A DNA stretch of 64,000 nt, from the NCBI GenBank assembly GCA_028023455.1, contig JAQFVV010000006.1, forward strand, positions 18,972,001 to 19,036,000, given 5' to 3'. Origin of the DNA: Epiperipatus broadwayi. Its lineage: Eukaryota; Animalia; Onychophora. The notes under the pieces were generated by a model. That model ran no database searches and was not told where the DNA came from. It was given only the letters and a program-made list of their open reading frames with translations. Shown here in pieces: positions 12,900-26,119 of the stretch (the first letter of the stretch is position 1; every line of letters begins with the position of its first letter). Both the position numbers and the translations under genes were made by a program.

Positions 12900-15424
12900 T
12901 AAAACATAGATTTGCTTCCCCGGATCTCTCCAAAAATCTAACCGATGCCTAAATACTCGGAAACCATCGTTCATAAATTACTGCCAAAATGAACTTTATA
13001 TTGAATAAAGAATGGACTGAAACCTTAATTTCGTCAATTTGTAGCTAAATTAACTCTTTTATCAAACATGGAACCAACACGTGCGCACCCGGCTGGAAAT
13101 TCATCGGAAAGAAAGGTAATTCCCTGCCGCAAAAATGAACTTTCATCTTAATAACCTTTTCTATTGTAAAATATAAATGTAAACCTCCAATAATGTTATT
13201 TCCCATCAGCTAATGTATGTCTTTTAAACATTTCTAGTTCTGAAATTTTTCCTAATGTAAAAATGTAATTGCTTATTTCTCTATCGGTAATGCTAAGCCG
13301 ATTAACTGCCTAAACAATGACCTCTTTTCTTTTTTGATTTCTTTTTGTTTTATATTTAAACTGTAATTCTCACTTTATAAACTCGAATGCTAGGTTCTCA
13401 CTCTCCTTGTATTTTTATTTTAATGCGGCAATGTTTATTTAATATTATGCAAATCATATCAAATTTTAGTATGCTAATAACTCGATCTGGCGAATCAATC
13501 CTATTTATTTTTGCTATTCTGCCATTGCGGAAGATTTAATCGTAAACGTAAGCTTGCTTACATTATAAAATTCGCCCGATCGAGAGATATTCCTAAACTA
13601 TGTTTTAATAATGAATATTATGCTTTTCACTGCTATTTAAAATAAATAATTTACTATTGCTCCACGCTATTGATTAACATGATGAAAATTGAGTATTACA
13701 TAAATTTAATTCAGATCTTTATGTCTAAATGATTCATTTTATAAGTAGCCCGCCATCTAACGATAATTTAAGTCACTTATTTCTCGGGCGGATTAATATG
13801 CGTTTAACGAAGGAATTTTAATGTTTTTAATATTTTATCCTTAAGATATTGAATAAATTCTTTAAGTAAGTTGTATGCCCCCGTTTGGGACTGCTTTTAG
13901 ATCATTATTTCATTACGTTAGACTTAATTAGTATTTTAAGGCTGTATAAATCAGGGTAAATCAAACCTGACAGCTTTCGTAACGTGTCCCGGTGATAACG
14001 TTCCTAATTCAAAAATGGCTTTGTCATACTTTCTCTCGTTAATGGAATATATATATAGCACAATTCTCGACAGAGCGTGGAGGCCCCAGCTCTTACAGAT
14101 TGTCTTAGGTTAGGTAAGCGCTGCTATGGGTTAACATTCGACGAGTCGGAACCATAGTATCTTGCCAACCAATTCCCGATGCTATCCGTCACAAGTGCGG
14201 ATAAGCTTATTTTCTTCGCTCCCAAATTGATGAAGCTCCTCGTCCGCTCAGGCCTTATCATGCGGTTCACACGTTATCGTTCCTATCCTTTCATATGGTT
14301 CAGATGTCTATAAGCCGTAATGATATAATTTCCCTAAGCCATCCCAAAATTCTCGTTATAGTTTAAATTTAATTAACTTTATTATATATATTATCGCTTA
14401 TTAGCGCTACCCATCCTTCGTTCAACCGCTATTAATACATCATTAATTAACTATTGAGAAAATTTATAAATGTTGACTCGCACGACAATATCAAAATGAT
14501 CATGCTTTTCCTATTTCTCTTCGCAGATAAGAAATAAATGAATCATCTCATAATGTTCCAAAATAATTGATCTATAATTAATGTACCTTCCATGAAATCC
14601 AAATGTAATCAAAACTTGTTAGATCATTTATTATTTAAAATATAATCGTTATAAAAGCTCGCGTATAGTTATCAAATTATGTTATATTCATCTTAATTTA
14701 AATGTAATCATATGTTGAATAAAAACCCTCGTACTGTTATTAAGTTTGGTCATATTCTATGTAATTTAAAATCTTATAAGCATTCATTCTAAAAGCTATT
14801 GTCATTGGTTAGTTTCCTTAATTTAGGAATATCATAGCGTGAGTAATAGCAACCCGTTAAATCACATTAGCATATTAAGCCGCATCTGTTCAAATAATTA
14901 ATTTATCATTATGTATATTTAGTGGTGCATATCCATCAAACCTTGTTATGTTATCCGGTTTGACATGGAATGCCCAAGTGACCATAAGTGAAACCTAAAT
15001 CGAGTGTTCAATATATATAATTTCTAATTCATTGTAAATCTCCATATCTAGTGATTCACATGATTAATCAATTATTATTAATATTACGTTTAATAAATTT
15101 ACATTTAATAAGCTATTTTTTGGATATTTTTGTTGGTTTGTGTGTGCACATCTATCATTACTTTGCGTTATCAATTAGTTAAGCCGTAGGTCTCTTGTAT
15201 CTTTGCTGAACCTTTCTGGGCCGGAGTAAATTGAAGGGTAGACTGTTATCATCAGAAATGTTGTTTGTAATGTGATAGACTTGGGAAGTGGGCAATAGGG
15301 CGGAGATCATGAGTATCCCTGACCTGTGTATCTCGTATATGATTGAACTCTAGGTACTTTTGCTTAGGTCCTAATTCTTGTTAGACGAACATACAATTCT
15401 GACCGGTACAATATATTATAACAA

Positions 15425-16400
15425 AAGTGCAGATAGCCATCACTTTTCGAGTGGACACTATCCCTTAATTTTAAAAATATTTCACTGAAGCACACAAAAT
15501 ATGATTAAATAAAGTATAACAAACGTGTTAGTCAGACGTCAATATTCAGGCAAGCAATTATCCTGTAATTTTTAAAATATTTCATTGCATCTTATTCTGT
15601 CAACAAAATATTTCAAATTTTAATCATATTTCCTGTTCAGTCGATGAAATATTCCTGATTTTAATCATATTTCCAAAAATGATATGGTATAGAAGGAATG
15701 ATAAAGAAACCACATATAAACTAATGTTAAAAAAAATTACGATAATTTGTTATGTATTATCTGTTATCCTCGTGTTAAGTATTCACAGAGTGTTAACATT
15801 TTGACATTATCTTGTGAATGGAATTTAGGGCTAATCACAATTCTAAATCAATTGTTAAGGCTAATCACAATTCTAAATCAATTGTTAGGGCTAATCACAA
15901 TTCTAAATCAATTGTTAATTTTTAAAAAAATTCAAAAACATTTTTTAATAAATTCCATTTAGAAAATAATGTTCAAACGTTAACACATGATCAACACTTA
16001 AAACATGGCACAAAAATTGTCATTCTTTAAGCATTCGGTAACCCTTGTGTAAAATTTGGAATATTTTATCACAGAACTGGAAATATGATTAAAATTTGAA
16101 AGATTTCATCGACAGCACAAGATGCACTGGAATATTTTCAAAATTATTAACACGAGGCAAATAGATAACAAATGGAAAATAATCGTAATTTTTTTTAACA
16201 TTAGTTTACACATGGTTTTTTAAACATTCATTCTTTACTAAATCATTTTTGGAAATATGATTAAAATCTGGAATACTTCATCGACAGAACTGGAAATATG
16301 ATTAAAATTTGGAATATTTCATTGGCAGAACAAGATGTAGTGGAATATTTTCAAAATTACAGGATAATGCCCGACTGAAAAATGATATCGGTCTGCACAT
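15425..16400. mobile_element. Foldback/MITE-like element with long imperfect inverted repeats
   Basis: 15556-15700 (attatcctgtaattttt...atcatatttccaaaaatgat) is the reverse complement of 16240-16370. It has internal GGAAATATGATTAAAAT subrepeats, and a degenerate extra end copy at ~15425-15510. Confidence 0.7.
15825..15917. repeat. 30-bp tandem repeat x3
   Basis: TTAGGGCTAATCACAATTCTAAATCAATTG units at 15825, 15855 and 15885. Confidence 0.95.
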
Positions 16401-17087
16401 TTGTTTTTGTTTTAATTTTATTTACTATTGTAACGATATATAAATATGCCGATACATTAATTTAAAATAAAAACTTTAAGTTCGCAAATAAAAATAAATT
16501 TATTAAAAACTAAAAAAATTAAAGAGTTGTTCAATATATATATTCACACAGGTGCAAAACTTTACAAGTATTTTTTTTTTTTTGATAAAAAAAAAGAGTG
16601 TTTGAACGTATTTTTTTATAAAAAAAAAAAAGTACAAGACATAAAAATAAAATATTTTTGTGAAAAGATTTATATATTTTTTTTGTAAATGGAAATGATT
16701 GTTTTATAAATTAACTGAAAAAACAAACTAGCTCTTGGGGTTCTTATATAATTAAAAAGTCAGAGGGAAAGATATAGATAAGAGAATAAAAAGAATTAGC
16801 TTGACCAATGGAAGCACCAAGCCTCAGCTCGGACCCTAATGAAAATGATGGATTAGTGACGTTTTGTTCGTGGAATCCATAGGATCATTATAAAAGGAAA
16901 ATGATTCAAATTAAAACAGTTCCAGACAGTTGCAGCTTGATTGTTTTTGAGAGGTGTGATAGGACGCACATATCACCCTCTCTCTCTATTTTAAAGATGA
17001 AATGACTCTGATACCGGAATGGAATCAGCTAAGGCCACCTACAGAATATCAGACCGGTCTTCCAATGGGGACATCGCGGGAATTGCC

Positions 17088-17229
17088 ACCAAGAACCGTG
17101 ACTCTTCTACTGTAAGCTATTAAACTGAACAATTTTAAAATTTAAAAGTAATTAAGAACCAAGAACTGTGACTCTTCTACTGTAAGCTATTGAACTGAAC
17201 AATTTTAAAATTCAAAAGTAATTAAGAAC
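17088..17229. repeat. 70-bp tandem duplication
   Basis: accaagaac(c/t)gtgactcttctactgtaagc... begins at 17088 and 17158. Confidence 0.95.
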
Positions 17230-18441
17230 TTTCGTCAAGATTTGACAAGTTAATAAACAAGCTAAATCTAATTTTTGTAAAATGAACTATAATCTGACTT
17301 TTCCAAATCAATTAGTGTTTAATTTTTTTTTTTTTACATTTCAGTTTGCTAAAAATCATTTCCATTTTTATTTTTATTAATATTTATTGTAGAAATTATT
17401 AAATTTAAGTTGGTCATAGACACTTGCATGGATTCGTTCACGTTTAATTAGGTTTTTGTTTTCATATATGATTAAAATATATAGACATTCGGTAAATAAT
17501 GATATCTTACGTTTGAATATCTAAAATGTATTTATTCGATGTCTTTTTAGTTATTGGTGTCAATGCGGCATCTTATGATAAATGCCATTGGGTTTCTAGT
17601 GAATTCCCTCTGCAATTACATCAATGACTTTATATTTTGATCATTTATGTTTATGTTAAAATGTTTTTGAGCGTGTAATCTATGTAATCGATCTGTGCTC
17701 AAAATTAAAAAACAAACTTTTATAAATCCATCTGTGCGAATTTATATAAATGTTAAATTTAAGTTGGGCATGAATGGCTATATAGATTTGTAAAGTTATA
17801 TTAATTAATTAGGGGAGGGTAATCTTAGGTTATTTGTTTCGTAGTTAAATTAGGTCAATGGATTGGATATATTGGTGTAATTAGTAGATGTAGTATGAGG
17901 TTCACTACGTGCATGATCTCCATTATACGCTGCACACCTCTTTTTGCCTATGGAAGTGAATAGTAAGACGGAAAAAATGCAGTCCCTTCCTATGGAGTTT
18001 TTTTTTGTTGTTGTTCTTCTTGCCATATAGATGTAACATTCCTGTATTGGACAAGAGTCAATGTCTTCTCTAATCATGCTGTTCAGATGTACATTCCTGG
18101 ACAGTATGGTATATATTTGTGCTGTCATATTTTCATGCTACATTGAATACATCAATGTATCAGATGGATTGACGCCGGTTTGACTGCGAACTTTTGGCCT
18201 AAATTTAAATAAGGGATAGAATATTTTCTTTTCAAATACAATCTATGTAGTCTATTCATACTCGACAATCTTAATAAACCACTAAACATCACATGATCAC
18301 CATTTCTATACTAGCACATAATTGTTGTAAACAAAGGCAAAACTCTCCATACAGTAGTGCCACCCTGTGCCAAACAGAGTAATCAATGGATGCCAGAAGG
18401 CTTGTGCATAAAATCCCTATCTAATGCCTACTCATCCAATA

Positions 18442-18483
18442 TCCCCAGACTAGTTTCTGGCTTGTGGCCATCATCAGTGAGGA
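18442..18483 (-). ncRNA. Type I hammerhead ribozyme, intact core
   Basis: Minus strand TCCTCA-CTGATGA-TGGC cacaa GCCA-GAAA-CTAG-TC^TGGGGA. Stem I TCCTCA/TGGGGA is extended by ATCCAA/TTGGAT across an internal loop. Confidence 0.9.
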
Positions 18484-19087
18484 GTCTTGGATCTGAGAGC
18501 ACTGCACCTAGATCTTAGGATCTAATGCAACCCTCTAGCAGCCACCTTTTAACTCTACTTTACTACAAAACTATGAGAATGAAATTGAAAACATTGTTAA
18601 TATCTTCAATCTAAGCTCAATAGCTTATATAGTCATATGGGTCTGAACTCAATTCAGCACCCATACATTTTGGTGTCTTTGGCTCTTAAACAACCATAGC
18701 CACCACTATCCTATTAGGCAGGATTGGTGTTAAACCACTAAACATCACATGATCACCATTTCTATACTAGCACATAATTGTTGTAAACAAAGGCAAAACT
18801 CTCCATACAGTAGTGCCACTCTGTGATGTTTAGTGGTTTAACACCAATTCTGTCTAATAGGATAGTGGTGGCTATGGTTGTTTAAGAGCCAAAGACACCA
18901 AAATGTATGGGTGCTGAATTGAGTTCAGACCCATATGACTATATAAGCTATTGAGCTTAGATTGAAGATATTAACAATGTTTTCAATTTCATTCTCATAG
19001 TTTTGTAGTAAAGTAGAGTTAAAAGGTGGCTGCTAGAGGGTTGCATTAGATCCTAAGATCTAGGTGCAGTGCTCTCAGATCCAAGGC

Positions 19088-19128
19088 TCCTCACCGATGA
19101 TGGCCACAGCCAGAAACTAGTCTGGGGA
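19088..19128 (+). ncRNA. Hammerhead ribozyme copy with core mutation (CCGATGA)
   Basis: TCCTCA CCGATGA TGGC caca GCCA GAAA CTAG TC TGGGGA; U4-to-C change in the conserved core. Confidence 0.8.
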
Positions 19129-20421
19129 TATTGGATGAGTAGGCATTAGATAGGGATTTTATGCACAAGCCTTCTGGCATCCACTGATTACTCTGTTTGG
19201 CACTACTGTATGGAGAGTTTTGCCTTTGTTTACAATCTTAATAAAAACAATATTAAATTCATTTGTATGGACAATCTTAAAATAATAATTTAAATTAAAT
19301 GTTATTAAAATCTAAAATAATAAACGTTATTCCTCAAATTTAAATGATTATATATGTGCGTAAATAAATATTGTTTGTGTGTTAATTACTGGCAGTGGCT
19401 TTTATTTTTTTTATATTTAAGATATCAAATTAAACAAAGTTATATATTATTATCTCTGTGTCTCCAATGAGCTAGTGACAATGGGCTAACAGTCAGAATC
19501 AAAATATATAAAATTTAAAAAAAAATTTTTTTTTTTAAACTTACATATCTGCCTACTATATAAATTTTCTAGGTTCAAATGCCTAGTGGCGCCTTGTAGT
19601 GTAGATACGATAAGTCTCCTTATTATTCCAGACCATTATACTGTATTTACATTAAAAAATTTTACAATTACAACCCTTTGGACTTTTGTGTTTCTTGAAC
19701 ATTTTAATAAATGAAAAAACCATAATTATTAAATACGATAACTTAGTCATATTGTTCATACCATGTACTGTAAGCCCCTGAAAATAGACTTTAAAAAAAA
19801 ATGAATGGCAAGCTTCTGGCAGGCAAATTACACAAGTACCCAAAATTATTTGAAAAAGAAACAATTGTAAAACAATACCCAGACTGATAGTCAATCGTAA
19901 AGGATTATTATGAAGATTTTAATCATAGTGAATTAAAAAGGCATTATATTGAGCACAAAATAATGAATCAGTTTTACAACAATGCTCCATTTTTTTTGAA
20001 CTAAAAAAATAAAATAAAATACCATAGCCTCTGCTCATTAAAAGTTTACCAGAACACCTGTGGACTCTGTGGTGAGTATATAAAAAAGGAAATAATATAA
20101 TGGAGATGTTTGCACATAATCTTTAAAAAAAAAGGAAGTTTGTAAACTTTATGAACTAGGAAAGAACCAAGATAGGAAGGGGTCAAAAGCAAAAAATAAT
20201 GTATGTTGTTAAAAAAAATCAGAAGTGATACAAAGCTTTTTTTATTACACGGTTGTACAATGATAAAAGACCAAATTAGTAAACTTTTTTAAATTTATGC
20301 AAACAATTTAATACAATCAAATTGATATATTATAAAAAGATTTTAACAAGAAATTTTTTATTTCGCCTATGCAATCTTTTTTCTGATCAAATTACTTTTA
20401 ATATTTGACTTAAAAACTTAC

Positions 20422-20496
20422 CTTGATTTTTTAATTCTTCCAATTGATAGAATGTGTAATGAGAAAACCGACAATTATCGCCAAATTCACAATGAC
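20422..20496 (-). CDS. ZMAT5: ZMAT5 coding exon 3 (75 nt, phase 1-1), CCCH finger C-half
   Basis: tatatttag|GTCATTGTGAATTTGGCGATAATTGTCGG...AATCAAG|gtaagt gives (G)HCEFGDNCRFSHYTFYQLEELKNQ; recalled human [22 protein letters not shown]. Confidence 0.95.
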
Positions 20497-21229
20497 CTAA
20501 ATATAAACAATTTTTATTTTATTAAAATTAACTACAAAATATATATAAATGAGATTATTAAACTTTACAATACCATTTTACAATTATAAATGTAATTAAG
20601 GATTATTCATCCTAATACATGCGCTATCTCAATGATGTCCTGTTACACAAGATAGGGACTTTTGAAAAGATAAGAGTGGCCATCTTATCTTTAAACATAC
20701 TTTCTAATTATATAGACCAATCTAAAGCATCTCACTTTAAGAGCATGAAGATAATTCACTGTTCACTTCTATTATTTTCTTTCTGCAAATTAACTCTTGC
20801 AAAATCTATAAATTTACTCTATGTTAATACTCAGAAATATTAGAAATTTTAATATGGGTATAATGGTGATATATCACTAAATCTAAATATTAAATTACAA
20901 TATTTGCACAAAACATTTCCTGATGTTAAACTGAAGTCTTTCAATTAGATAATGCTTAACAACTATTAAAATAAATACTCATATTGTTCGTATAGAGATT
21001 TAACATTTTACTTTTTTTAACTTACTATTTTCAGCCATTTTGTTATGAATCGTTCATGTTATTTCTCTATCTCTTGTCTAATTGTGACAAAGGAATTTTG
21101 TATTTGTGCAATCATATTTCTCTCCTTTAAATATATTGTTATTCCAATCTGTTCTTTATTTATTTTCTAACTTATTTTTTGCCTTTCTATTTTTTCTTCT
21201 TGAGTTAGGCTGGCCATATTTGTTTAGAT

Positions 21230-22315
21230 CAGTGTTTCCCAACCTGTGGTACGCGTACCACTGGTGGTACGCGAGTTGCTGGTTGGTGGTACACGAAAAA
21301 TAATCAATAATGGCGGTCATAAAAAAAATTAAATCATAAAAATATCATAGAAATGTTTTTTCCTATAATTCATAAAAATTATTTTAATTAATAATATCAT
21401 ACAGTAAAGTTGTTAATATGTACAGTCGATAACGATCTTGATTAAGAAATTAGATTTTTGGAAACAGTGCATCGAAAACAATCAACCGGAAGTATTCGAA
21501 ACTCTACATATTTTTTGTTTGAAAATAAGGTTAGTCTGTCTCAAGATATACGAGAAAATATAATAGCACATTTAACAGGATTAAAATGGTCTTTCATAGA
21601 ATATTTTCCAAAACCCGAAAACACAAATGATAATTGGATTTCAAACCCCTTCTATGAAGAAAATTTAGAAAAAGCTACATCATTATCAATAAAGGATAAA
21701 TAAAAATTTAATAGAATTATCATGTGACAGAACTTTACAAGTAGAATTCAAACGACACAATCTAATTAATTTTTGGTTAAACATTAAAGAATATGAACAG
21801 CTTTCTGAGAACGCTCTTAAATTAATATTACCGTTTACTAGTAGGAATTAGTAGAAAGCTTTTTCTTCTTATATTTTTTAAAAAAATAAGTATCGAAACA
21901 GATTGAACGCATCTTTTGAACCAAATTTCAAAAAATTATGTTCTTCGAAACAAGCACAAGGATCTCATTAAATTTATTTTATAAAAATATTTGATTATGA
22001 TAAAAAAAATATATTAATTGTTTTTTTATAATTTTGTGTTTTTATTAAAACCATTTATTAGTAAACGAAATATGACAAAATAGTAGATAAATATGAAACT
22101 TTGAACAAAAACATACATATATATATATATGTTACAGTGAGTTTATAATTTCAGTGAGTTTATAATCCGGCGTGAAGTTTAGGCGTGTTTCAGTGTAATT
22201 TGTCTCATTATGTGATAACAAATTTCACGAAATACAATCATTTTTACGAAGTGGTACAATTTAGCGTGATGTAGTAACAAGTGGTACGCGAGCCAAAAAG
22301 GGTTGGGAAACGCTG
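21230..22315 (+). mobile_element. Non-autonomous hAT (Buster/Charlie-type) deletion derivative with transposase C-terminus
   Basis: TIRs CAGTGTTTCCCAACC / GGTTGGGAAACGCTG and perfect 8-bp TSD GTTTAGAT (21222-21229, 22316-22323). 21458-21970 encodes ...NWISNPF...LIELSCDRTL...FWLNIKEYEQLSENALKLILPF...KYRNRL (hAT dimerisation domain, disrupted). Confidence 0.95.
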
Positions 22316-23362
22316 GTTTAGATGATTAACTAAAAGATTTTATTAAAAAAGTTTATAACAAAAAGTTATATATATTACATATATTAAAATAATTATTTTT
22401 TGTCACAATTTATCTTCATGGCAAGTATTGTGAATTGCTTTAGTAAGTATTATTTCAGTAAATTCTTAATCGATAATTATTATTTATAAAAATTAACTTT
22501 TTTTTTATAAGCAATTCTTTATTTATATATTGCTTTTAGACCATGTCTTTTTTTCTAAATACATTATCTAGTACAGAACTAAAAAGATTCAACAATTTTT
22601 CAGAAACTTTCTATTAAAACATCAAAGGACTTTACTAGTTTACATTTAATGTCTGCAATTGTATCACACAAGCTTACACACATGGCTCTATTAAGATACA
22701 TAATGTATTGTTTTACTAAACTATCTTTGAACTTTTTAAAGGAATTATGAATCCAGAAATTTTTATGAACAAAAATAAAGAATAAATCAAAAAAGAAAAT
22801 TGATAATTATCTGGAATACTGATATTTATTTTTAACAAAACCTGTAATGAAATAAAAACTGGGGACTTAATAATACAAATAAGATTCCTAGTGCATAATT
22901 ATAGTTTTTAATCTTCATAATTATGATAACAGATGAAACATGAAATTCAATTTTTTGAGGTAAAAAGAATGTCTTAATATAAATATGACATTAGAATTTG
23001 ATGCAGATGACGAATGGAATTTATTTGAAACTATTTCTGTTTTTTATTCTCATGGTTTATAATTCAGAATTTGGCTACTATATGTAACATTATAGTTTAA
23101 TCCAATAAAGAGTTAGTAAAGATCACTTAAGTACTCTCAAAGATAACAATGTTTAGATATGTATAGGGATCTAACTAAAGTTTATCCATCTATAAAAATC
23201 AAAATAGGTGAGCAATCTTTCTAAGCTTCTATAGTCTATTAAATTTGACTAATTATTTTGACAAATTTTATAATTATTTTTAAATAATAATATTAGCACA
23301 AAGTAATGTTTCATTCTTATAAGATAATAACTTTTAAAAGTTGTTATCAAAGTAATATTTAC

Positions 23363-23425
23363 CTGCTTGGTGAAAGCGTCGGCATGGTATTTTACTGGTT
23401 TCGTCTAAGAGTATAGTTTCAGCAT
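23363..23425 (-). CDS. ZMAT5: ZMAT5 coding exon 2 (63 nt, phase 1-1)
   Basis: ttttaacag|ATGCTGAAACTATACTC...CACCAAGCAG|gtaaat gives (D)AETILLDETSKIPCRRFHQA(G); recalled human [22 protein letters not shown]. Confidence 0.95.
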
Positions 23426-25499
23426 CTGTTAAAAGATTACATTAAACACTTATTAATGAGAAATTTTAGTTCAATAATAAAAGACAAAATTTTAACGACT
23501 TAAAAATTATGCCTAGCATAATTTGGTGAAGTGAAAGAGGGCAAATTTTACAACTCATGGTTTAATAATTGCAGCTCCATGTGTCAATTTCAGGGTTTGA
23601 ATTTTGTATGATGACTAGGATATTTGATTATTATGTTTTATAGAATAAATGTTCAATATTTTCTTTTTTTTTTTAACTAAATACATTTTTTTTTTTCAAA
23701 TAGTTTCAAAAATGAAGGCAAATGATGAACTTGGCATTCATATGAGTTATAAGATTGTTTATTACAATCACCTCATTTTAAACTTGTGTGAATATCAGTA
23801 TTAACCTGGGACTGATTTTGGGTAACTAGTTGGATTTGCTAAAAACCAGCGAAGTGAAATAAAATAGTCAAGGAAGCTAGGTAGACTACAAACACTTCTA
23901 TTGTTTTATTTAAAAAAACATGAAGTCAACAATAGGGAATTTAAATCCAATGGAGTCAATTCACAAACAGCAAAAGATTTTTTTTTTTTTTTTTAGTTAT
24001 AAAAATAAATAAATTAATATTTAAAGAAAGATCCTGAGATTAATATATATAGACTTTATACTTTTAAAAAGTAGTTTTTACAATACTTACATCTGGATAA
24101 ATATAAAACTATACAATAAACATATTTTAGTATTAATTAGAAAAGCCTTTTATCTTCACAATTAATCCAAAATACACACAACTCATAAGAACTTATATTG
24201 GATATCTCATTCCATAATCCACAAGTATATATTATGACCAAATATTATTGGACTTTTTTTTTTTTTTTTTACATTTTTCTCACAAGAAGGTATAGCATTC
24301 ACATAAAATAAAAACAAAGATATTGTTAATGTTGGCAGGTCGTGTGATGCTTCAGTAGCAGGTTTATCACAATAATACCACACACCTGACTGAGTTTTTA
24401 TTTTACTCAACTAAGAATTAATTCAGGAATATGTAGTAAAGACCATCAGTAAATCATACAGAGCATTAATGCAATTACTGAATATAAATAACCCAAGAGG
24501 AATCTGTTTTGTCACTTATTAATTCCAATCATATAATATTGTTTATATCATAATTTTAACTATCAGTAATGGTTGACTTTTGAAAGAGATAGCTGTGGCA
24601 TCAAAACAATTAACATATTTAGAGTTATAAAAAAAGTTCTGATCATGAAGAGAACTGTTCCAATTCTTCTCATTACATCTGTTAAAGCTAAATCAGAGCT
24701 CTGCACTACTATTTATTAATGTTTTATAATATTATTGCTAAGAAATATATTCTGTGGTTTTAAGAAGGATGATTTAACTTAAAGTATAATCATTGCAACA
24801 TTTCAAGTCCTATACATAACATATACGATTGTATCTTATTAATTTGCATAGTCTTTTTATATATATACAAATATATCTTAAATCCTCATTTCAAAAAAAA
24901 AGGTTAAGTAACTAAGCTAGGCAGTTACTTATATTGGCTAAAGTTCTACAAATAATATCACCTGATCAACGCTGGTGGTTTGCCATCTCAATGGAAAGGG
25001 TACCTAAATGCAATTACTATTACTTAATTCCTTGAGTTCAATTCAAATGAAATTTCTACAATTAGTCCATTAAACAGAAGGATGACTATGGTCTATCAAC
25101 TGCTAGTAAATCCAAATGGAGATACATCATTTCAAAATAGTTTTCAAATTTATTATTGTTATTGTAAATAAGGAGGATCATAACACAGAAAATAAAATCC
25201 CTTAAAACACAATATAAACAACTTTTATTTTGGTCTGAATGTATAATTTATTTAATATAAGCATCTTTTAATTATACCAAAATTTTTCAACAATGTAATT
25301 AGAAATATCAATGGTATTTTCAACTGAATTATTAAAAATCTTTCCAAGTGATTTAACAAAGATGAATGTATTTCAACTCATTTCCAGATTTACTGACATC
25401 ATTAAATATTTGCCAAAATCAAATCCAATCATAATTTCCGAATCTTGTATCATTTAGAATTCAACTATGGATCACAGCTCCAGTCATACACTTCTGATA

Positions 25500-25990
25500 C
25501 ACACAGGCGGAACTCTCCATACAATAGCACCACTCATTGCAAGCCATAATAATCAAAGCATGCTAGATTTGTGCATAAAATCCTTATATACTGCCTAATC
25601 ATTCAATATCCCCAGACTAGTTTCTAGATTATGACTTTCATCAGTGAGGAGCCTTGGATCTGAGAGCACTGCACATAGTTCTTATGATCTAATGCAACCC
25701 TCCAGCAGCCACCTTTTTATATTTTTAGTTAACTATAAAGCTTTGAGTCCTAAGATCTAGGAGCAGTGCTTTCAAATCCAAGACTTATCATTGATGAAAA
25801 ACACAAGCTAGAAGCTAGTCTGGGATATTGGATGATTAGGCACTAGATAGGGATTTTATGCACAAACGTTCTAGCATCCATTGATTACTATGGCTTACAC
25901 TGAATGGCGCTAGTGCATGGAGAGTTTTGTTTCTGTGTTCTCAGTTTGTGTCAACATAAAGAACGGTGATCATGTGATGTTTAGTGATTT
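25500..25990. mobile_element. Retrozyme-like element copy B (two inverted arms, hammerheads at 25609-25650 minus and ~25785-25826 plus, both damaged)
   Basis: Homologous to copy A. CACTTCTG flanks both sides (25489-25496, 25995-26002; possible TSD). Confidence 0.85.
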
Positions 25991-26119
25991 CTTTCACTTC
26001 TGGTGATCAAATTTATGAATTTCAAGTAATAAACAGTTCAATTATTTGGTATCTCCAAGACCTTCTATAGTCTTCTAAAATATTCACAATTATCAATCAC
26101 CTTATGTTTTTTTCGCAAC

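Larger units (their letters stand above)
18275..19233. mobile_element. Hammerhead-bearing non-coding retroelement (retrozyme-like), copy A: 1.2-mer arm plus inverted arm
   Basis: taaaccactaaacatcacatgatc recurs at 18275 and 18731 (456-nt period). Inversion junction at ~18822-18825. ACAATCTTAATAAA is duplicated at 18265-18278 and 19232-19245. Confidence 0.9.

Noticed and set aside
15825-15917. TTAGGG-containing 30-bp array as telomeric or CRISPR-like repeat
   Set aside because: There is one TTAGGG per unit and the units are contiguous without spacers; an ordinary minisatellite in a eukaryotic context.
17850-18128. 92-aa minus ORF with CAAYNGDH, resembling a LINE ORF1 zinc knuckle
   Set aside because: Cys/His spacing is incomplete and no adjoining APE/RT was seen; too weak to call.
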